A DNA stretch of 64,000 nt from the NCBI GenBank assembly GCA_951406725.2, contig OX597814.1:115382001-115446000 (forward strand), written 5' to 3'. Numbering within the stretch: the first letter of the stretch is position 1; every line of letters begins with the position of its first letter. This stretch comes from Octopus vulgaris. Taxonomy: Eukaryota. This document shows, piece by piece, positions 58,880 through 64,000 of this stretch. The notes under the pieces were generated by a model that worked only from the letters and a program-made list of their open reading frames with translations, was not told the DNA's origin and ran no database searches. Made by a program: the position numbers and the translations under genes.

Positions 58880-59458
58880 ATTCTATTGTGTCTGGGGAGA
58901 GTTATTTTCATTTTGTGCCTTATTATGTAACACACTCACCGGTAAAACTTCCACTTATTTCTTTTTTTTATTGTCCTGAAATTTTCGTTGCGTTTGGCAA
59001 ACTTTTCAATAGTTTTGACTATAGTCAAAACTATTGAAAAAAGAAATAAGTGGAAATTTTACCGGTGAGTGTGTTACATAATAGTTTTGGCTATGGTTAA
59101 AACTATTGAAACGGTTGCAAGACGCAACGAAAATTTTAGGACAATAAAAATAAGAAATAAGTGGAAATTTTACCGGTGAGTGTGTTACATAATATTTTTG
59201 ACCATGGTCAAAACTATTGAAAAGGTTGCAAGACGCAACGAAAATTTTAGGACAATAATAATAAGAAATAAGGGGAAATTTTACCGTTGAGTGTGTTACA
59301 TAATATTTTTGACCATGGTCAAAACTATTGAAAACGTTGCAAGACGCAACGAAAATTTTAGGACAATAATAATAAGAAATAAGTGGAAATTTTATCGGTG
59401 AGTGTGTTACATAATAAGGCACAAAAAGAAAATGACTCACTCCAGACACAATAGAATA
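58880..59458. repeat. Fold-back element with 111-bp internal tandem repeats
   Basis: Terminal inverted repeats TATTCTATTGTGTCTGG / CCAGACACAATAGAATA; GTGTTACATA recurs at 59071, 59182, 59293 and 59404. Confidence 0.85.
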
Positions 59459-59720
59459 AGTCAACCTAATTGTATTTATATACAACGTTGACTGCATTAC
59501 CTGTACACGTTAAAAGAGAATCATACTAACTTAACAATTTACGATGTCAATAGCAATGGTGCCCTCAAGCCAAGGTACACAACAGATGTAGTAGAATAGG
59601 TTGAAAAGGGGGAAAGTAAATTGTCCGAAAAAGAAAGTGGAAGTAAATTACGATAAAAAGTGAAAGTGACAACAAGGCATCCCACAATTTTATGTAAACA
59701 ATGTATATAACTTAAAGTGT

Positions 59721-60122
59721 TGGCGTAGGAGTGGCTGTGTGGTAAGTAGCTTGCTTACCAGCCACATGGTTCCAGGTTCAGTCCCACTGTGTGGCACCTT
59801 GGGCAAGTGTCTTCTATTATAGCCTCGGGCCGACCAAAGCCTTGTGAGTGGATTTGGTAGACGGAAACTGAAAGAAGCCCGTCGTATATATGTATATGTA
59901 TATATGTGTGTGTGTGTTTGTGTGTCTGTGTTTGTCCCCGTAACATCGCTTGACAACCGATGCTGGTGTGTTTACGTCCCCGTAACTTAGCGGTTCAGCA
60001 AAAGAGATCCGATAGAATAAGTACAAGGCTTACAAAGAATAAGTACTGGAGTCGATTTGCTCGACTAAAGGCGGTGCTCCAGCATGGCCATAATTAAATG
60101 ACTGAAACAAGTAAAAGAGTAA
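59721..60122 (+). mobile_element. SINE family B, full-length
   Basis: tRNA-like head, CCTTGGGCAAG motif, tail GGCGGTGCTCCAGCATGGCC..CTGAAAC. Confidence 0.85.
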
Positions 60123-60821
60123 ACCCTTGAACGGTACCTAATAGTGTGATTGAGCTTATTTCCGAAATTTCTCTTCCCTTTCATATCCAGGTTTTAAAGA
60201 CTTGCTCTACATTTTGGCTATAGACCACATAAAATGTTTACGGTTTGTTGAAACTGATCAAACACCTACACTAATTTGGGACTAAATACTCCGTATATTA
60301 TGATCGCTCGGTGTTTTATCAACAAAGTAGACTACAGTTCGCTGAATAGTTATAATAATACTGAAACATGCTGTTGTCCTAACCTGTGGACCTTGGGGCA
60401 AGTTTGGGTAACTTTGGCATTTTAATCCATTGGAACCTCTGCTGCTGATTCCAACCTCAGGTTGAAATCCACGAGACAGCTTTATTGTACTTCGAATTCT
60501 TACTACTTTGAACTGAAAGTCGTGTCTCGGATAATTTCTTTGAAACATTCATCTCAATTAGCTGGGCTTTTCGACATGACAAAGAAACTAGAAAAATTAT
60601 TTTTAAATGTTGAAAGTATTTAGGTTTCGGTGCTGTTTCCTCTTTCTGTATTTAGTTGATCCAACACCGAGTTATGTTCTTTAAATTCCGCATAATAACC
60701 TTCCCCTACAGTAATCTCTTGCGAAAGACAAGAACTTTTGGTATGTCTCGTAGGTTTGTTTGTTTCTTGACTATTTTGCAAAAGTAAGACTGTTACTTGA
60801 CATGAATACTTTCCAAGAGTA

Positions 60822-61098
60822 ATCCGCTAAGTTACGGGGACGTAAACACACCAGCATCGGTTGTCAAGCGATGTTACGGGGACAAACACAGACACACAAA
60901 CATACAAACACATACATATATATATACATATATACGATGGGCTTCTTTCAGTTTCTGTCTACCAAATCCACTCACAAGGCTTTGGTCGGCCCGAGGCTAT
61001 AGTAGAAGACACTTGCCCGAGGTGCCACGCAGGGGGAATGAACCCGGAACCATGTGGTTCGTAAGCAAGCTACTTACCACACAGCCACTCCTACGCCT
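60822..61098 (-). mobile_element. SINE family B, 3'-truncated
   Basis: Homologous to 59721-59990. Confidence 0.8.
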
Positions 61099-62471
61099 AA
61101 ACTTTTTTCAAGCGGGGTACTCTTTCATCATCTCAGGCAGTGTTGACGTACTCCATGTAAATAATGCATTGTTACATGGTTGGATACATGAAGTAATCAA
61201 CAATCACTATTTGTCGTTCCTTGAATTTAATTTTAGGAGTTCAAATTCCGCTGTAGTCAGATCTGATTTCCATCATTCTGGGGTCGTTATAGCAGTGAAG
61301 AAGTAGGGTCGATGTAACCGATTGTTCCTCACGCGAAAATTCGAACTTTGTGCCTATGCAAGAAATCGATTTCATTAAATTTAATGTTACCTATTTAATG
61401 ACATGGACTAGTTTGGTGCTTTCTGGCGAGTAAATCCATTTTAGACACAGTTTTAGAGAGGCGCACCGACATATCACCCTTAATTAAGAATCTGTCATGA
61501 ATTTGATTTTTGTTATGACATTGCTGGAAACAGTCCTCATTCACATTGATATGTTAGTGAAAACATCAAAAATTTCTCCGCACAATTTTCAGACACACGA
61601 GTTACATTTATTTGCCTGTAATTACGTCAAGCATCCAATGTTTTTGCAAACCTAGCGAACTCCGCACAGAATCTATTGCGTAACTCAGTTTGGGAAAACC
61701 CTTGTAATTGACATTGTAATTGTTTCATTAACACGATTCTCCTCACGTTTGCAGGTATTACAATCGCTGTCTATATAAATAAAATTATGCAAAACAAACC
61801 GAAAGTTGAACAGTCAGATATCAGTAGCACGTTCTATAGATACGAAAATGGCTTTATATCGCAATAGTGTGAGAGATATTGAAATGGATGGATAGAGATA
61901 AGAAGAGATAAAGGGATACTAAAGAAATAAACAAATTATGATAAAACAGATATGTGGGATACATGGAGAGAAAAGAACAGAGAGAGATAGAGATGAAGAG
62001 ATAAAGAGAGTCATAAATAAAGGAAAGTATACGAGATTAAAGAGTGAGGATGGGTTTAGATGTTACTATCGACACTTAACAAGTACTTTATTTTATTAAC
62101 TCCGAGGAATACAAAGTAACGTTAGCCTTGTGGGTGGGATTTGAATTCAGAATGCAAAGAGCTGGAAGAAATTTCGCTGACATTTCGATGCTCTAACAAT
62201 TCTGCGGACCCAATTGACTGACATTCCGTCGGGTACGTCGAAGAAGGTACCAAATGATCCGTTAAGTTGAACAGCCTGTTCGTGAAATTCACATGTAAGT
62301 GGCTGTGGCTGAATATTGCACAGAAACACGTGCCCTTAACGACCTAACGATCGTGAGCGAGTACCCTAACCACAAAGCCACACGACTTCACACAACTGAT
62401 CAACTGCTAATGATAAAAATGGATACTTAGAAACACGTGCGCGAGCGTTTATAGACAGATGACGTGTAAAA

Positions 62472-62696
62472 GGCGGCGAGCTAGCAGAAACGTTAGCAGG
62501 CCGGGTGAGATTCTTAGCGGTATTTTGTCTGCCGTTACGTTCTGAGTTCAAATTCCACCGAGGTCGACTTTGCCTTTCATCCTTTCGGGATCGATAAATT
62601 AAGCACCAGTTACGCACTGGGGTCGATGTAATCGACTTAATCTCTTTGTCCTTGTTTGTTCCCTCTTTGTTTAGCCCCTTGTGGGCAATAATGAAA
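62472..62696 (+). mobile_element. SINE family A copy
   Basis: GGCGGCGAGCTAGCAGAA head, B-box and core. Confidence 0.85.
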
Positions 62697-63097
62697 TATG
62701 ACAGGTGACATATATATGATTCCTTATATCTCACATTTAAACCTCAGAACAGGGGTAGCATTTTTGCTTGAAGACATCCCAGAACCATGGATTTTTTGTT
62801 TTGGCAATTTCAAAATCTAGTTATATGTTCTACCGTACACAGCACAACGAATATGACTTCATCGAACCTGATGCATATGCTTTGGTTATATTTAGGTAAT
62901 ACTTCAATTATTTTAACCGCTCCGGGTGGAGCCAATATGGAAACCCTCAGTCACGTTAGGTGTGCAGATGGTATTAAGGAAAAGGAAAAGGTACCTCGAT
63001 TGCGCAACCCAACAAAATCTTGTTGAGCATGTTCCAGTATGTTCCTAGTTATATAAGATGATTTTATTGTAGCATGTCCATTCACTTTATCTCAAAC

Positions 63098-63456
63098 TAA
63101 CAGTATCGCCCAGCGTTGCTCAGGTTTGTTTCGACCCATTAGAATTGGAATTTTTGAAAGGTAAAAATTTTTGCATTATGTAGCTTGTTATTTTCTTTAA
63201 GTGAACATTTTTCTGGTTGAAATACACCGAAAAATGGCGATACAGCAGTCAAAAAATCGTAAAAAATAGGGATTTTCATAGAAAAAAAAGCACCTTTTTG
63301 ATGTAAATAATTATTGGTCTTAACATGGTCCAATTTGAATTTTATTTTCTACGGAATAAAGAGCAAGCCTTCTTCTATCATACTCTCAATTTTGGTCAAC
63401 TTGCGCCGCAGGGTCTCGGAGGAGATAGTGTCTGTGCCACACACAGACAACTTCAG

Positions 63457-63537
<81 letters not shown>
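63098..63537 (-). mobile_element. Non-autonomous Helitron
   Basis: Same family as 21465-21725. It is absent at the matching site of the inverted paralogous copy (near 55410), consistent with TSD-less insertion at A|T. Confidence 0.7.
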
Positions 63538-63541
<4 letters not shown>

Positions 63542-64000
63542 GCCTCTAGTTAACATTACTGCAACATTGATAGAAAGACTTTTTTATTTCGATTGTAGAA
63601 ATGTTAATAGCTTTCTTTACAAATTCTTTACTTGTGCCATGTCGTCTTTGATAATGTTGATGAAGTTGTTAGATTTTTATATGTATTCGTTTTTGTTCAT
63701 AATATATCATACAAATACCTTTGGACGCTTTTAACTATTGCAATTTTAACTTTATAATATATTCCATGTCATAATACTGTTCACCGAACAAAACTAGATC
63801 GGAAAACCTTAGTTAATAATACAATTACCCTACATTGAATTGCATTTGGTGTCGTTATCGTCCACATTCTCCTTTTTTCCGTTATCATCTGTTATCAATC
63901 CAGATCACATGGTTCCGGGTTCAATCTCACTGCATGGAACCTTGGGCTACAGTCTTTTATTATTATAGCCTCGGACAGATCAAAGAATTATAAATTTATT

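Noticed and set aside
59006-59497. ORF with 37-aa repeats and a superficial CRISPR-like periodicity
   Set aside because: By-product of a 111-bp tandem repeat; there are no unique spacers and no cas genes.

Overview
AT-rich, repeat-dominated animal genomic DNA. The SINE, MITE and microsatellite landscape resembles an octopus or other cephalopod genome; this is recalled from repeat families, not searched. The only host coding sequence I can support is one minus-strand exon (36058-36393) of an SLC5 sodium:solute symporter. The rest is intronic or intergenic repeat: very long (TA)n arrays, four tRNA-derived SINE families, a nearly complete but frameshifted CR1/L2-group LINE ORF2, RTE and R4/Dong-type retrotransposon fragments, Tc1/mariner remnants, MITEs, Helitrons and Penelope-like elements (PLEs). 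The most striking signal is a set of type I hammerhead ribozymes (HHRs), five near-canonical plus several variants, in small non-coding modules embedded in (TA)n. Two of these modules have a retrozyme-like layout of one monomer plus a terminal direct repeat (480-nt and about 336-nt periods). The YIYIY/HTHT/CVCV ORFs are microsatellite artefacts. Coordinates were read by eye and repeat boundaries may be off by a few bases.
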